NCBI GenBank assembly: GCA_051294905.1
Contig: CM119377.1
Span: 13,454,001 to 13,518,000 of the forward strand
Length of the DNA: 64,000 bases
Direction: 5' to 3'
From: Botryllus schlosseri
Lineage: Eukaryota
The notes beneath the pieces were generated by a model. It made no database searches. It saw only the letters and a program-made list of their open reading frames with translations, and was not told where the DNA came from. Each line of letters starts with the position of its first letter. Position 1 is the stretch's first letter. A program made the translations under genes and the position numbers. Below, piece by piece: positions 27,243-40,569 of this stretch.

Positions 27243-28088
27243 CAGGGGTCACCAACACGCGGCCCGCGGGCCGCATGCGGCCCGCCAGGTCATATTTTGC
27301 GGCCCGCGACATGATTTGAGATTTCGGAAGAAAGCTAAGAAAACATTTTGAAATTCTGAAATTGACGTGCAATGGCCCAAACACTTCCAATACCGAGACG
27401 CTTAGAAAAATGCTTAGGGCAGTGGTTCTAAAACTGAGGGTACGTCCTCCTTATGAGGGCGTGAAAGCATCTGAAGGGGCCGTGGAGCTGCGTTCAACTG
27501 AAATATTTTTCGCGCTACGCGCGATTTCCCTCGAATTCATAGGTATAGCTAGTGCTCTGTGTATAATCCGGAATTCATATTACAGAATTCCCTCATCAAC
27601 ATTCATAACTTTCTATGCCATCAAACTATCCGTTCAGATAGCCAGCATTTTGGATGCATTTAGTGATATGACGATAAGGGCGCGCGAAATTTTTCAGTAT
27701 CATATAGGGGGCATGTCTAAAAAGGTTTGAGAGCCACTGGCTTAGGGCTTACCCACAAGATTAAGCTTTAAGTGGGGATGGTCTTTCAGCTAGTTACGGA
27801 TCTCGCTAGTCCCAAAAAACCTTTCTAGGTATCGTGCACAGCTCGGAGTTCGAAATAAAATGAAATTGATGACAGTGATCCTTTGTTGTATTTTTATTCC
27901 TTTAATAAAATATTACTTTTTTGTGGTCACTATAGCCATCGTCTATATGTTAGGTAGCACAGCGTTGTATTGACGTAGAGTTTTAAAACGTGGTTGCCCA
28001 CTTTATATCGATATTGAATTTATGCGGCCCGCGGCCGCTACGAAATTTGAAAAGTGGCCCGCGACCCGTTTTGAGTTGGTGACCCCTG
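27243..28088 (+). mobile_element. hAT (Buster-like) non-autonomous element, same family as 13041-13709, with a nested MITE
   Basis: TIR caggggtcaccaac / gttggtgacccctg; perfect TSD gtataagt (27235-27242, 28089-28096); gcggcccgcg subterminal motifs. Confidence 0.92.
27420..27739 (+). mobile_element. Charlie/Buster-like MITE nested in 27243-28088
   Basis: TIR cagtggttct / gagccactg; perfect TSD gcttaggg; colinear with 50981-51298. Confidence 0.92.
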
Positions 28089-29465
28089 GTATAAGTAATG
28101 GTAACGCGCGTTGAAAACGGATAGGCTATGCGTTTATATGTATACTGCGTTCTGCGTACACTGGTATGGTCGGTATAATATATTAATGGCGAATTCCACC
28201 GTCGGTAATATGATAAGGCAGCTTTGCATGTGTAGGCTACTTTTAACAATATTGCGCCTGTGGTTTAACTTTAGAGTGGTCGAATACACGAAAAATCCCC
28301 AGACAACTCAGCCGTTTTGATTATTCAATGATCAGCCCTAAACCGTTACAGGGTAAAATTAGCCATTTTAGTATACGTATTTCAGAAATCGCGAAGCTAC
28401 TATCAACGATCAGGCTGCTATAAGAGTTTGTCTGATTAATATTTCACAAATATCAAAATACCCGAACAGACATCGTAAATATGGCGCTAGTATTTGGACT
28501 GATCGAAATCCTTGTTGTTTGCTTTGCGGAGTGATTTTAACGTATATATACTCGACAAAATGAAAGGGCCTTTCCTTTAATTGTACTATTATCCGTTCCG
28601 CCATTCGCTTTGAAACGCCGAGCGCCTTTTGTCTACGTTTTAACGGCGACCGTAAATCTGTTGATTCTTTGCATAATTAGGAATTTAATTGGTTCGCTCC
28701 GGAGTCGTCCGCGAATGCACGGATGTCGGTGACCTATTTTGAACAAAGCGATGTCATTCCCAATCTAATATTTTCCTTTATACATTATTAGTTTTAGACC
28801 AACATGCGTCAACCTGTAACAGGCATGGTGGATCAATTATTTTTTACAACCATCAAATTAAAATTCGAGCGCTATTCAGTTCCGCGCGGAATATAAATGC
28901 CTTTGGTTATTGCCGGACGCATGATGGAAACGTATAAATCTATTTCGGAATGATGCATTTACAGAGTTCGCCGTAATGCGGTTTTGCGGACTGCATTCTC
29001 ATGATTCTTGGATTCAAACATTTGGGCGACTGCTGATAGGATAATTAGATCATCTAATGAGCTCGTCAAAAACGATTTTAGACATATACAGTTGTAAAAA
29101 TTTGTTTGCATACTTTATGGGTAATGAAAGCTCTCATTTAGAGATTGTATGAAGATGAAAATGTATGATTACAAAATATTGATACGCCATCATCACTACG
29201 ATATGCCTTAGTTATTTTGCCAATGTTTAAGAGCACAGCTGTCAATATGATAATCTCGATTCCTAATGCATACGTTGATGCAGTATCCATGAGAAACTCG
29301 TTACAATAAAATTATAGTTTGGTTGTTTTGAACAATCCAGATGCCGCTATCGTTATATATTCTCCGTTAACACATAATCAATGGCTATAGAGATGGGGAA
29401 TGGCTGTAGTCTATACGTTTGGATAATTAGTATGCATGATTCCGAGTATTCACGGCCTATATCAC

Positions 29466-29604
29466 CTGTATCAAACTGGGAAGTATTCCTCTTGGTATGG
29501 AATTCTTCTCGCCGGATTTAATAAAATGAACGTCTCGACCGTGCTTGAGGTAATCTTGAACGTTGTGAAATCTCAGACAGCAGCGTAGGCACAGCATGTA
29601 TCTC
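29466..29604 (-). CDS. Coding exon 2: C2H2 zinc finger (K)RYMLCLRCCLRFHNVQDYLKHGRDVHFIKSGEKNSIPRGILPSLIQ
   Basis: Acceptor atatttcaag|g, donor cag|gtgata; 139 nt, phase 2 to 0, fits exons 1 and 3 exactly. C-x2-C-x12-H-x4-H with F at +4 and an aromatic at +10. Resembles, from memory, the ZFHX3/4 segment LMCFLCKLSF...FVTHAVHDH...[13 protein letters not shown]. Confidence 0.85.
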
Positions 29605-29934
29605 CTTGAAATATTGCGATCATTACAAGATGATTACACTCTCGAAATTACAATAGCGAATTCGAATTACTAAAATAACCCTAAGCCTAAGAATGGAAGC
29701 TAACCGCTAGTAAATATTTGAGGTCGCAATTTTTTATCTCGGCTCGCTCATGAGGTACACGTGGGGCGATTCGGTAGCGCTTGGATCTTACTTGAAGTCG
29801 ACTATGTTTTGGCGTTAGATCAAACGGAATGATTTCGTCCTCGCAGAGGCACGAGAAAAATATAAAGGAAGTGTGCTTGAATAATATTGGTCATTATACA
29901 TGAATGAACTTTTCATTACTGATCACCAATGAAA

Positions 29935-30952
29935 TTCTCACATCAGTGGGATAAACATAGGGGAGATGTGGTACCGATGGATCACTGGGACCGAAAATAC
30001 TTTGAAAATTCTCTATGATAATTCCATGATTATACTCCGTGAACTTGTCTGCAGTTGCATGCTGGCAAAATCTTTCCTCACATACAAAGAAATTCGACGT
30101 GCGCGAGCTATGGCGTCTCTCACAGATGTTTTTTGTTTTGGGGGGTGTAAACTAAATTTAAATCGACATATACATTTTTCTTTGTAACCTTCAACACGAA
30201 CAAACCAGCAATCATTTTTTTTGTGAAGTGTAGTGCTTGCATCAGGCTATATAATGGCACCTATGATTTTTTCAGTACATTCCTTGGGTGGAATTTTTTC
30301 GATTCATGTATAAAATTCGTAGGGTGGGGACCGATGATACAATAGCCAAATCAAGCACAATAATCAAGCATACTAATCATGAAACAAGTGAAACATGCCT
30401 ACGTACAGAAAATCTTCATGTAATAATTGCATATGATGTTTTATCGCTATAACGAGGTATTTGAAAGTCACACTGTCGATTTTCGGGCAATATGTATGTA
30501 CCCTCAAATTTTTAAGTTCGAGCCTAAATCGAAACGTCATTTTATGACAACATTTGAGTTAATATTCATTCTATTTTTTGACGGTTGCGACCAAACATTC
30601 TTATTTGGCTTGCTGTAGCTTAGATTATAATACTGAGCAAGAAAAGTTGTAACGTTTGAGTTTTTTAGGGTATATGTGTCATAGGTCCCCGGGTCGTGTG
30701 CCATTGGACCCACCGGATGGGGACCGATGATACGTTCGAGCATCAAATTTTGAACGTCCATAAATATTTTTTGAAAAGACGGATATTCATGTATATGTGC
30801 GCGATAGGTAGAGCTTGTATCAAAGTGCTGAGCCAGCAAAAGATCTGATGTTTTCGGCTGAACATTTTGGGGCCAGCGATCATTTTCCAATTTTTGATCC
30901 ATCGGTACCACATCACATCAAAAGGCGGTAGGTGTGGGTGGACGGTGAGAAT
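29935..30952. mobile_element. Old inverted-repeat element in intron 1 (boundaries approximate)
   Basis: gatgtggtaccgatggatca (about 29965-29984) is the reverse complement of tgatccatcggtaccacatc (about 30895-30914); internal direct repeat ggggaccgatgatac at about 30326 and 30719. No TSD found. Explains ORFs 29966, 30537 and 30743. Confidence 0.5.
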
Positions 30953-31095
30953 AAAATCTATTGGATGAATCGGCGATTTCGACGTGACGCCGCAGACTTT
31001 AACCATTGTTCCAACTAGATGTTAAGGGACTTCGGTACTAGTGCGCGCGAACATGTTGTACGCCTATAACTCAAAATCCATTCAATCAAACGTAC

Positions 31096-31475
31096 TTCGA
31101 ATCGCACACTTCCTCATTCTCAGTTGAATCTTGCGTCACACTGCCAAGGCAACTTATATCCGATACACGATATTTGTGAGGCGTCGAGATTGAAGACGGG
31201 TCGTTTGAGTCCATGCTATCGTGGCCTTTGATGCAGAGTCGCTGAATTGAAATATCTACAATGGGTTGTTTCTCATCACTTTCGGCATCCTCGGTCGTCT
31301 TTGACAGATTAATTGTCGCCTCATTACCCTCGAACTCGAGAGTGAATTTACTAATCAAACTTGCATCCACCTTCGAATGAGGTGCATTTTCTGTAGCCAT
31401 CTTCTTGCCGTTCAACTGGAATTGAATCTGATGATGCGTCTCCTCAGCGCTGCATCCACCGGTTACCACATCCAT
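31096..31475 (-). CDS. First coding exon of a multi-exon C2H2 zinc-finger gene (possibly ZFHX3/4-ATBF1/zfh2-like); acidic, Ser-rich N-terminus MDVVTGGCSAEETHHQ...ENEEVCDS
   Basis: 380-nt open frame from ATG in strong context (agtATGg) with an in-frame TAG 15 nt upstream; acceptor tattttag| at 31504/31503; donor GAA|gtacgt at 31096/31095 (phase 2), which matches the next exon. Confidence 0.8.
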
Positions 31476-31701
31476 ACTCTTAGGTTTACTCTACCAACTC
31501 ATACTAAAATATAGTTAAGAAATAAGACTTGATCAGACACTAGATATTTTTAACTGATAACATTTAATTCTATAAACTGAACAAGTCCCTCAACAAAATC
31601 GATATCTGGTTTACATCGATGGAATAGTCTCTTGAATACAAGTAAGAGGTCTGCTAAAACTCGGTAATTGAATTCCTTCAAGCCATCGTATAATGACTTA
31701 C

Positions 31702-31774
31702 TTCCTCGTTAGTCTTCCAGACCAGCCATATATCTTAATTATTTTGGAGCTTGAAAATACCAATCCAGAACTTC
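31702..31774 (-). other. Probable 5'UTR exon of the zinc-finger gene
   Basis: Acceptor gcataacag|g and strong donor gaa|gtaagt, about 200 nt upstream of the first coding exon acceptor; no frame joins the main ORF. Confidence 0.5.
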
Positions 31775-34700
31775 CTGTTATGCTAATTCCTTACGTTGAG
31801 TAATATTTTGTGCTGTGACAAGAGCCCTGACCTCACCGTAGCGCATAAATTGACGAGCGATCAGTAATATTTCATATTTAAACTGGGCTAGTAATCAATC
31901 CTTGATATCTCATAAACATTTTCGCTGTAACTCGTTTCAACATGTCCGTAAGCAAGTATTTAATGACGACATATGTTGAATGTGCATGGCGTCTACTGTG
32001 TGTCTAGTTTTAACAGCCTTTTAGCTATCAAATGAAGGGGAGTAAATATTGAAACATTGCTAAATTAAATTTATTTATTGCCCAAAACTCCTTTGATTTT
32101 TAACGAGGGTTTGTAAAAATTTCAATGCATGAGGCGTCACTTCAGCGTCTCGAAATACGTCGTCACGTGTGACGTGATGCCGGACTCAATTCGATAACAC
32201 CATTGAACATATTCGATATTCACTGGGCATGTCTATATTGTCTGCGAATTGTTATTCGCCTGTACTATCAGATAGAATGTTGTTGTTGTATCTTATTAGA
32301 GCTGTTATTGTTGTTGTTTATTAAACAAAAAGAATGGCGCTTATCGCCTGACGGCCTTCTGCGCCACGGTCAATAACATTGTACACGAATAATGATGAAA
32401 TAACGGAATAAAGTGTATACCCTCAGATCACAAAAGGGGGTCTCACAGTTATTAGAGCTAAAATGCTACGACGAAAATCTGTTCGTACACTGTTCGTACT
32501 TTTCGCGGATCTTTAGCATTTCATAAGTCAGTGACGTATATATGGGTATTGTCTTTTCATGCACGTAGGGATATACCTTCAACAAGTGACCCTCTGAAGT
32601 TGAGTATACTTATTATTCAGTATAGAGTGCTACGTGCTCCTATGAAGGATATAAACGTTTACACCAGTATGTGTATTGAAGCCATTCCTTTTTGGTCAAG
32701 ACGCATGCATTTTCTAGTTCAACTGAGTGTACAAGGGTCAGGGTTGGGCTAAGAGGTCCTATACATAAAGCTCAAACTAATAGGCAGATGCTAACGTATC
32801 AAATTAGCGCAAAATACGTGATAGGCGGCCAGTCGCTGTTGGGTTAAGATGCGTCGACAACTCTTATGGCCTTAATCATTCGTGCCACGTGATACACAGT
32901 ATTGTGTCGATATATGGTACACGTGAACAGGTTCAACTCAACCGTGTAATTTAGCGTAATCCACATTATCTCGTCTCGTTATCGTGTACTGCCTTGTCGT
33001 TCATCGTCATTCACCAGAGAGAAGTACGGATTTCGATTAGAAAAAGAAAACGGAAAATTTTAGCTTGACTAGGATCGGACTGTTATAGGCTGGATTTGGA
33101 CTTTCACAATGGAAACGTGCGGACAAAGGACATAATTTACAAATGCCATCCCGTTATTGAAATTAAGTCAGTCATTACTTGGATTTGGACATGAGTCGAA
33201 ATAAATTCTGGCTTTGTATATAGACTTGAACAGTAGGCCTATTTCGATTTGAAAATATAAAAGCCACTCATCTCTGCTGTACGCCCGATCTTCACACAGC
33301 TGTTAATTAATGTATATTTAAGCTCGTCTGCACGAACGCTTGTTTGGAATGACGAAGACCATGTCAAACTGATGATTGACTAATACCATACCACGCACGC
33401 ATCTCTACTAACACATTGTATTATCTTTATAAACCATATCTCCATTCAATCCGCAACAACCCGTGCCACACACTTGTCGATCTATCTCCTCAGTTGTTAT
33501 TTTAATACGGTCCGTTGATACAAATTAAGAGGAACTGCTTTGGAGTTCGCTCAACCGGAAATCCACAAACTGTGATTGCTGTTTATTGTTCTGGCGAAAT
33601 GCTACGACAGAACGCTCAGGTGTTTCTATACAACGAGGAAAGTCAATTTTGGAGATCCATCGTTAACCTTACCCACCTTCGGCGAAAAATGTCCATCAGA
33701 GTCTATAGAAATAGAATCCCTGCAAGCCTACGTGAAATAATTTCAGATTTCATGTTTGAATGGTCCTTGCGAATTGCATTACGATGCGAATCAAATTTGT
33801 AGAAGTTTGGCGCACAAGAGTCATAGCGGAGTAGTCAATCACCATCAATAATAATGATAACAACAGCAAAACATTATATAGGCGAAAACTGTGATGTAAT
33901 TCTTTGCTTAATACCGCTTAAGCAAAAAAACATCTGAATGCATCGATAACCACGTGATACTGAACGATATTATCGCAATTCCAACAGCGAAGAGTTTCCG
34001 GCTGTGCAACGTTCCAGGAAATCGGTTTAATGCGGATCGTAGGCCACCTCTATGTACTCGTATTATCTGCCAGGGGCAGTATTTCTATCCAACTGGTATA
34101 ACCTATAGTCCTATATTAATTACTTCGGGTTGTAAGAATCAAAAGTAGCTACAGCTATTACACATGAATCACTGCGCTGCAATGTCTATTTAGCATGGAA
34201 CTGCTACTCGACAGATTAGAATATTCGTACTCTTAACTATTATCTCACGAAGACACCCACCGTCTGGCACGATAGGGTAAAATCAGCTTATTAAATTATA
34301 TCACTTCCTAATGAAGAGATTTATTACCGCCGTCTCGGTGAGTGAAAAAATATAAGCAACGCAAACGGTGGGAAAACAATCCGCGATTTTCCAACCGACG
34401 AGAGAATAATCCGCAGAACAAAAGGATGATGACGAGCAAAGATATATATTATCGCTTGATATTAATGTAATATTGCAGTGATCACTTCGACCCCACACTC
34501 TGCGGTATACGACATTGAGCTCGTATGTTTCATGCAAATAAAATAATAAGCGATAACGGCGACCAGTGCCACCACACAATTAAAATTATTGAGGAGCCGT
34601 ATTCTTATCATTTTGGTTGCCTGCCAAGCTTTAATATTTGATTGGGAACACAAATATTGTCGGATATGAATGATGGCAACAGCTTTTCTAGCAATCAAGT

Positions 34701-36896
34701 TGGAGCGATGAGGGCTCTTTTGTTTCCTTGTCAACTTGTTCATCGTTCCTTTGTCCGCAATTCTTTTTCATCGAGGTATTAATTCGGTGGCAGGTTAAGT
34801 GAATGTTACGCGACTTAGCTCTAATTGTGCGTTCTGTTTGGATAGTTAGATCTTTTGATGAATGGGCAGGGGAACCAAGAACAAAACATCGGTCCAAAAG
34901 CACGAATTACAAACAAAACGGAATTCATTCATGGTCACCAACAATTTTCCGAAATTTGAGAAACCGCCCATCGCGTTTTTGTATCGTTTGGAATGCAGAC
35001 ATTTACGAAGTAATCAGTCACGAGTTTCCTTTGAGAGTCTTGTTTTTTGACCAAGTTTCAATCGGTTGCTTGAATTAAATATTCAGCAAAGGTTAGATGC
35101 AAACTGTCATACTCTTCCTACAGGGGCACTGTATTGTTCATATTGTCGCCAAATTATGCTGAAGAGTACGTTCGCGACCCTTAATGCGGGGTACTAACCT
35201 TAACTTTCGTGATTTCGATGATACGATACGGTCAGAAGTGGAGCAACTGAGACGGGTCTCCAACCTTGTAAATGTCTAATTAGATTGTGGTGGTAGCCGC
35301 AACATGGAACTAGTTGAGTTTGTAGTTAAGAAGTCTCTTCCTAGACTTATGCAAATATCGGTATCCATAATGTGGCACCACGCAGTACAACATGATGTAC
35401 CATGCATCTGCATTCGCCGACGGATTGCCATTTTTTCACCTTTGTTAGTGAATTCCAAAATCTTGTTGCATGGTCTGACCATAGATGGGATGTCATTTAC
35501 GCCGTTAAAACAAATTCGACTTTAATCTAAATGACAAATAGAGGTATTATGAATTGATCCTAAGCACTTTCGATTAGTGAATTGCATAGCAACCGCGCTG
35601 TGATATTAAAAATAACAGTGGCCATGAAACGAACGTTGGTCTCCAGAAAAAGGATTACGCTTAATGGAATAGTTCTGGAACATCCATTAGGATATTAAAG
35701 TCTCTCCATTGTGTTGGATATCAATCCATGAGGACGGTGTTTGTTTTTCTCGAAATTAGAGAATAGCTGCACTTGTCATGAATCAGAGTTTCATTAATAA
35801 TAACTATTTGACCGCTTTGTTCCTTGTATTGGGGATGAACTTTTTATCTCTGCTATTGTTTAACTTGCCCCCTCTAGATGAGAAGACAAGGCAAAAGGGC
35901 ATTGTGATGTTTATGATTCACAATATCTTAAATAATAGAGATTTAATATCCTGGTACGTTCGTACATGGACCATTCTATCTTTATTGAATATTTTCTATG
36001 GTTGTAGCGTTACTGAATGTCTTCGTCAAATTCTACGTACTTATATGGTCGGGCAACTGGGGCATGCAATATATCGAGTTAGGAAATATACAGAATTTGA
36101 TTTTTCAAACAATATTGGGTGTACTTTTGGAGCTTTTGAGAAATTAAAGTGAATCCGGATTCCGTGTATCTACACAGTGCCGACCTATGCAATAATATAT
36201 TACACAGTCAAGGCCAAGAGTTCAGGAAATGACGCCCGACATGCTGCCTGTCCACGGTTATGATTGGCTTAATCTTTCCAAACCCAGGAATATCTAGATA
36301 TCCCTGACCAAACCCTACATTCAGAATGGCATGTTATATCGGATCGTGATGGGATACGGAACAACATTTCCATTTCAGTGTATGAAAGGTTTGTGTAGGC
36401 ACTGACTGTATTAATGCTGTTATCCCAAACTTAACAATAGTATACTGACTAATAATAATTAATCTAGATTAATTTTACGAAATAAAGGGGCACGTCAAAA
36501 TAAGTAAAACATAAATCATTGAATATACCACTGCCTTTTTCTGGTTTCAGATTTCCCACGATTATCAACCAGGATATTTGGGTATAAAATTCCAGAAAAG
36601 CTTGAAATACCTAAGCAAGCATGTACTAACATTTTTTAACATCCACAATTCATAGCTATAGATCTTGTTCGAAAGTAAACGATTTCGCAATTTCAGTAAC
36701 CCGTTTTGACAGTAACGGCGGTGTATTAGTATTGTCACCTAAAATTGCGATTATCTGTAGCATCATCAGGTCTTGCAAAGTATTTTAGTAACGAGCCGTT
36801 CTTTTCGAAAAATTGGTTCACCACAACTTGTTCTCGGAAATTATTCTGTTCGGCGTATATTACAAAAATTGAGCTACATAATATTACTATTTATCA

Positions 36897-38400
36897 CAGT
36901 GGTTCCCAACCCTTGTTACCCCGCGGCTTCTTCTGAAAATTCTGAAAAACCAATGCCCCCCTCCTCAGTCTTTTGGGAAAATTAGGAAACATCAATTTAA
37001 TTTAAAATACTGGTTTATACAGTTAGAATTATGAAATTATATAATACAACACACAATAAAAATAATGGTACATTAATGAGTTAGTATTTAATTAGTTATA
37101 TATATTCAGTTAATGCGATGGTTGCAGACTTGTACAAACTAAACATTTAGTTATAGTTGATGGTCAACTAACTAACGATTTTTTGAGTAGTTGTAGTTCT
37201 AGTTCTAGTTGCGTATTTTGAAAATTGAGTAGTTCTAGTTCTAGTTGTAGTTGCACATTTGAAAAAATATTAGTTGCCGAAAAACTAGAAAACACGTGTC
37301 GTAGGTTTGGGCGAATCGAGATGCCGGTGTTCTGTTGAATGTTTGTGCGGCCATTGCTCGTTCAGAGCCATCACTGCTAACAGTGGCGTAGTCAACAGGT
37401 GACTTTTTGGGGTCGAAATCTCTCCCATTTCAAACTCGAAACCCCGTTCTGGTAATTTCGATGGTAGGTTTTCCGAATTCGTCTTTTCGCAGCTTCAGCC
37501 GAATGAATGCGTGTTTATGTCATAATTCCGACTTGAATTAAGCCATGTTATATTGTAATATCGACTTTATTATGAATATAGAATGCGCCAGGGATTGGCT
37601 ACCCCTGGCACGCGTGCCAAAAAGTGACACACAAGATGATTTTTCATGGCACACTGAATGATTTGATGTCCATTATTATAATCATGTTTCTTGCATAAAG
37701 TGAAACAAAAGTTTTCGAAATGGATAAATCTCGAAGGTGAATCCAAATTATTTCGTAAATCAACATGAAGTTGGGCCTTTTGGGGCAGATTTTATTTTTC
37801 TTCAAAATTTTTACTGCACTTCCCACGTATATAGTCCGTATTCGTCTCGCGGGCCGTAAAATGTCCAGTTCTGCCCTACGCTAATCTACAAGCCTTCGGA
37901 GAACCCCTTATTTTCAGCGAGTCACAAAACAAAAGTCTACCACATGTGTTCATACCATATGTGTTATATATATATATACATATTTATCTGTAGGACTACC
38001 AGTAAAGCTACTCAGGCAGACTTGTACAAAATACTCATTTAGTTAGTCGATGGTCTAGCAACTAACGGTTTTTTGAGTAGTTCTAGTTCCAGTTGTATAG
38101 TTGCGGATTTTGAAAATTGGGTAGTTCTATTTCTAGTTTTAGTTGCTAGTTTTAAAAATTAAGTAGGTCTAGATATAGTTCTAGTAGCGCTTTTTGAAAA
38201 TCCAGTAGTTTGTACAAGTCTGGATGGTTGCGCTTGTTTTTGGTGTGACAATCTCTTAATTGCTGGTTTGGTGGTGGAAAGGCAAGCCGCATGCATATTG
38301 AATATCCAACACACTGCGCCGTTTAATGGTTGAAAACCTACACTACATTCACAACGATATGCTGACGGGAATGCCCATGGTCCCAGGATGGGCACCCCTG
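36897..38400. mobile_element. Possible old Charlie-like MITE hosting the 37125-38222 insertion
   Basis: Left cagtggttcccaa, right atgggcacccctg (10/13 inverted match); flanks atttatca vs atttactg share only 5/8. Confidence 0.4.
37125..38222. mobile_element. Composite hAT element (agttct-repeat family) with an internal duplicate left end
   Basis: TIR cagacttgtacaaact / agtttgtacaagtctg; perfect TSD gatggttg (37117-37124, 38223-38230); second left end at 38017; TIR related to 6699-7571. Confidence 0.9.
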
Positions 38401-40569
38401 ATTTACTGGATAGTCATGAGAATCGAAAGTCCTGTTAACCCACCGTGGGATTTTGGAATTGAAACATGAGGGCAGTATGTCGATCGCGAATAAAAACTAG
38501 GGTTGGAATGTATATACGACATAAACAAATTCCCACTCAATCTTCATTGTTTTCAGGACATGTTGAATTCCGCCCATGCAGATCTTTACTACGAGACTGC
38601 TGTTTTTTACCATTCTATATTAAAATGTAAGCAAGGTCTGCTATTGTGTTTTGTGAAGACTCAATATGGCGAGGACAACAGACTAGCGGTAAGATATTAT
38701 CTCCATTGACTTTTACAACACCCAGTAACTGTGCTGTGATCACAGCAGCGGATCGAATGCGGAATAATTTCAGACTAATCCAGAAAGGTTTTCACTTATT
38801 GACTCAACGGGATCACACACAATACAAACGTTGAAGTTATCGCGTATATGCGCATAAATTATTATCAAAGAGGTTTTATCTATTAGATTGTTATCATTTG
38901 AACCGTTGTTGGTATATTACAGTCAATGGTTTTAGGCGGTTTGTTGTGTTTTCCCATGGAAAATAAAAAGCCTTATCAATAATTTTCGAGAAAAACTGTT
39001 GTTCCAAATGCCAACGCTCTAATAGCAAGTTTGTTATTAATAGTAATTAACATTTCGAGAAATAGTGGTTGCTTATTCAAACGAAAATCTCAATAGGACT
39101 GCCTCAACAATAGTCCCTCACGAAAGATACTTGGCCACATCCGCCTTCTTGTATCGCGCGGTGTACACAGACAATCGAAATTAGGATAAGATCTAAAGTT
39201 GATGAACTTTTTGTAATAATCTCAAGTGCTAACTTCTGCCTCGCGACGCCATAGATTACCTTGAAACGGCGTCTTTCTGGGAGATTTCAATCCATTAATT
39301 TTGATCTCATCTGCGATAAGGCGCGGAATGTATGTCGCTTGACCTGGTCGTTTTCAAGTCGTTGCGTTTGGTATTGAGGAATCGGGATGTGAATTGATGA
39401 TAATTCAACCTATTCATTGGCAGAGATTGCTCTTGTGATTGGTAATAATTCGGGCGGTGCTTTTACCGAATGTGGGAGGTCGATTGGCTTGTTTTTGGAC
39501 CGAAACCTTTCTTACTCAAATTTAATGAATAATTTTCTATTCTGTTCCGTCTCGCACTGTTCAGCTTCGTTGCTATATTTAAAGCTGCTTTCAATTTTTC
39601 TGTAGTTATCGACGACGCTTACCCTGCTCCCAATAACCAATAACGTCCAACCTTAGAAACTTTCTTTTGCTTACGTTGATCTCATTTCGAGTCTGCTAAA
39701 AGCATTGTATTGAGTTTGCGGTTGATAATTAATGAATCAACGACGATATGAAAACGCAATTCCCAGTGGATTGCATATGAAAGAATTCATATTTTGATGC
39801 AATCGGCAGGAAAAGGGGTTAAGAGAAAAGCATCAATGGAAGATACGGAGAGTAGAACGATAATTTTCTCGGTACCCAGCACGATCATAACATTTCGCTA
39901 AAATGTCCGAAATGTGGCGCTCTAATTTATGCTCGAACTTATATATTTGGTCACTCTCATAATCAAAACCAGACACACAGCAGGGTATGCAACTGAATAC
40001 AAGAAATGGTGAGTACTTCCATGGTCCTGGCAAGTTAATTATCCGATGTACGGCTCCAAACGGATGCGTGAAGTTAAGTTAATGTTTACAAGGATAATGA
40101 ATTTCACATGTCCCGATATATCCCGATATTAATGCCCTATCTCGCTCAAGTGCTTAATTGATCTATTCATTACCATACAAACGGCGACTTACGCGTACGC
40201 AATCAACCCTATTCGGTTTTCAAACAAAGTTGTTGAGACGGTGATCCGAGTGCCCTTATGTGTGTAAGTGGGTCTCACGACATTTATGATGACGTTTTAA
40301 TTAAACGGATGTCGTTATCATCCGTAATTTGTAATAGTAGTTTGATCACAATGATCAGTTTTGTTGTCAAATGGAATACTAAATAAATTGTACTCACACT
40401 GATGAAAATATGAAGTTCAACATATTACAAACTAGCCAGTTCTAGAATGCATAACATCTCAAAGTGCATAAGTCCATTTTGTTCAAGTCGCTCCATGTAA
40501 GGCTTCATTACTGAGCATCTAACCCGCGGGTATCAATTCCATGACAGAAGTTTAGCAATTGTTAGTAGA

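Noticed and set aside
33015-33500. Possible first non-coding exon or promoter of the zinc-finger gene (donor ctg|gtgaat at 33015)
   Set aside because: Plausible position, but one moderate donor is not enough support without transcript data.
39880-39996. Plus-strand SLKCPKC, reminiscent of a ZFHX finger (TLKCPKC)
   Set aside because: Wrong strand and upstream of the gene; no C2H2 His spacing; the frame is bounded by stops.
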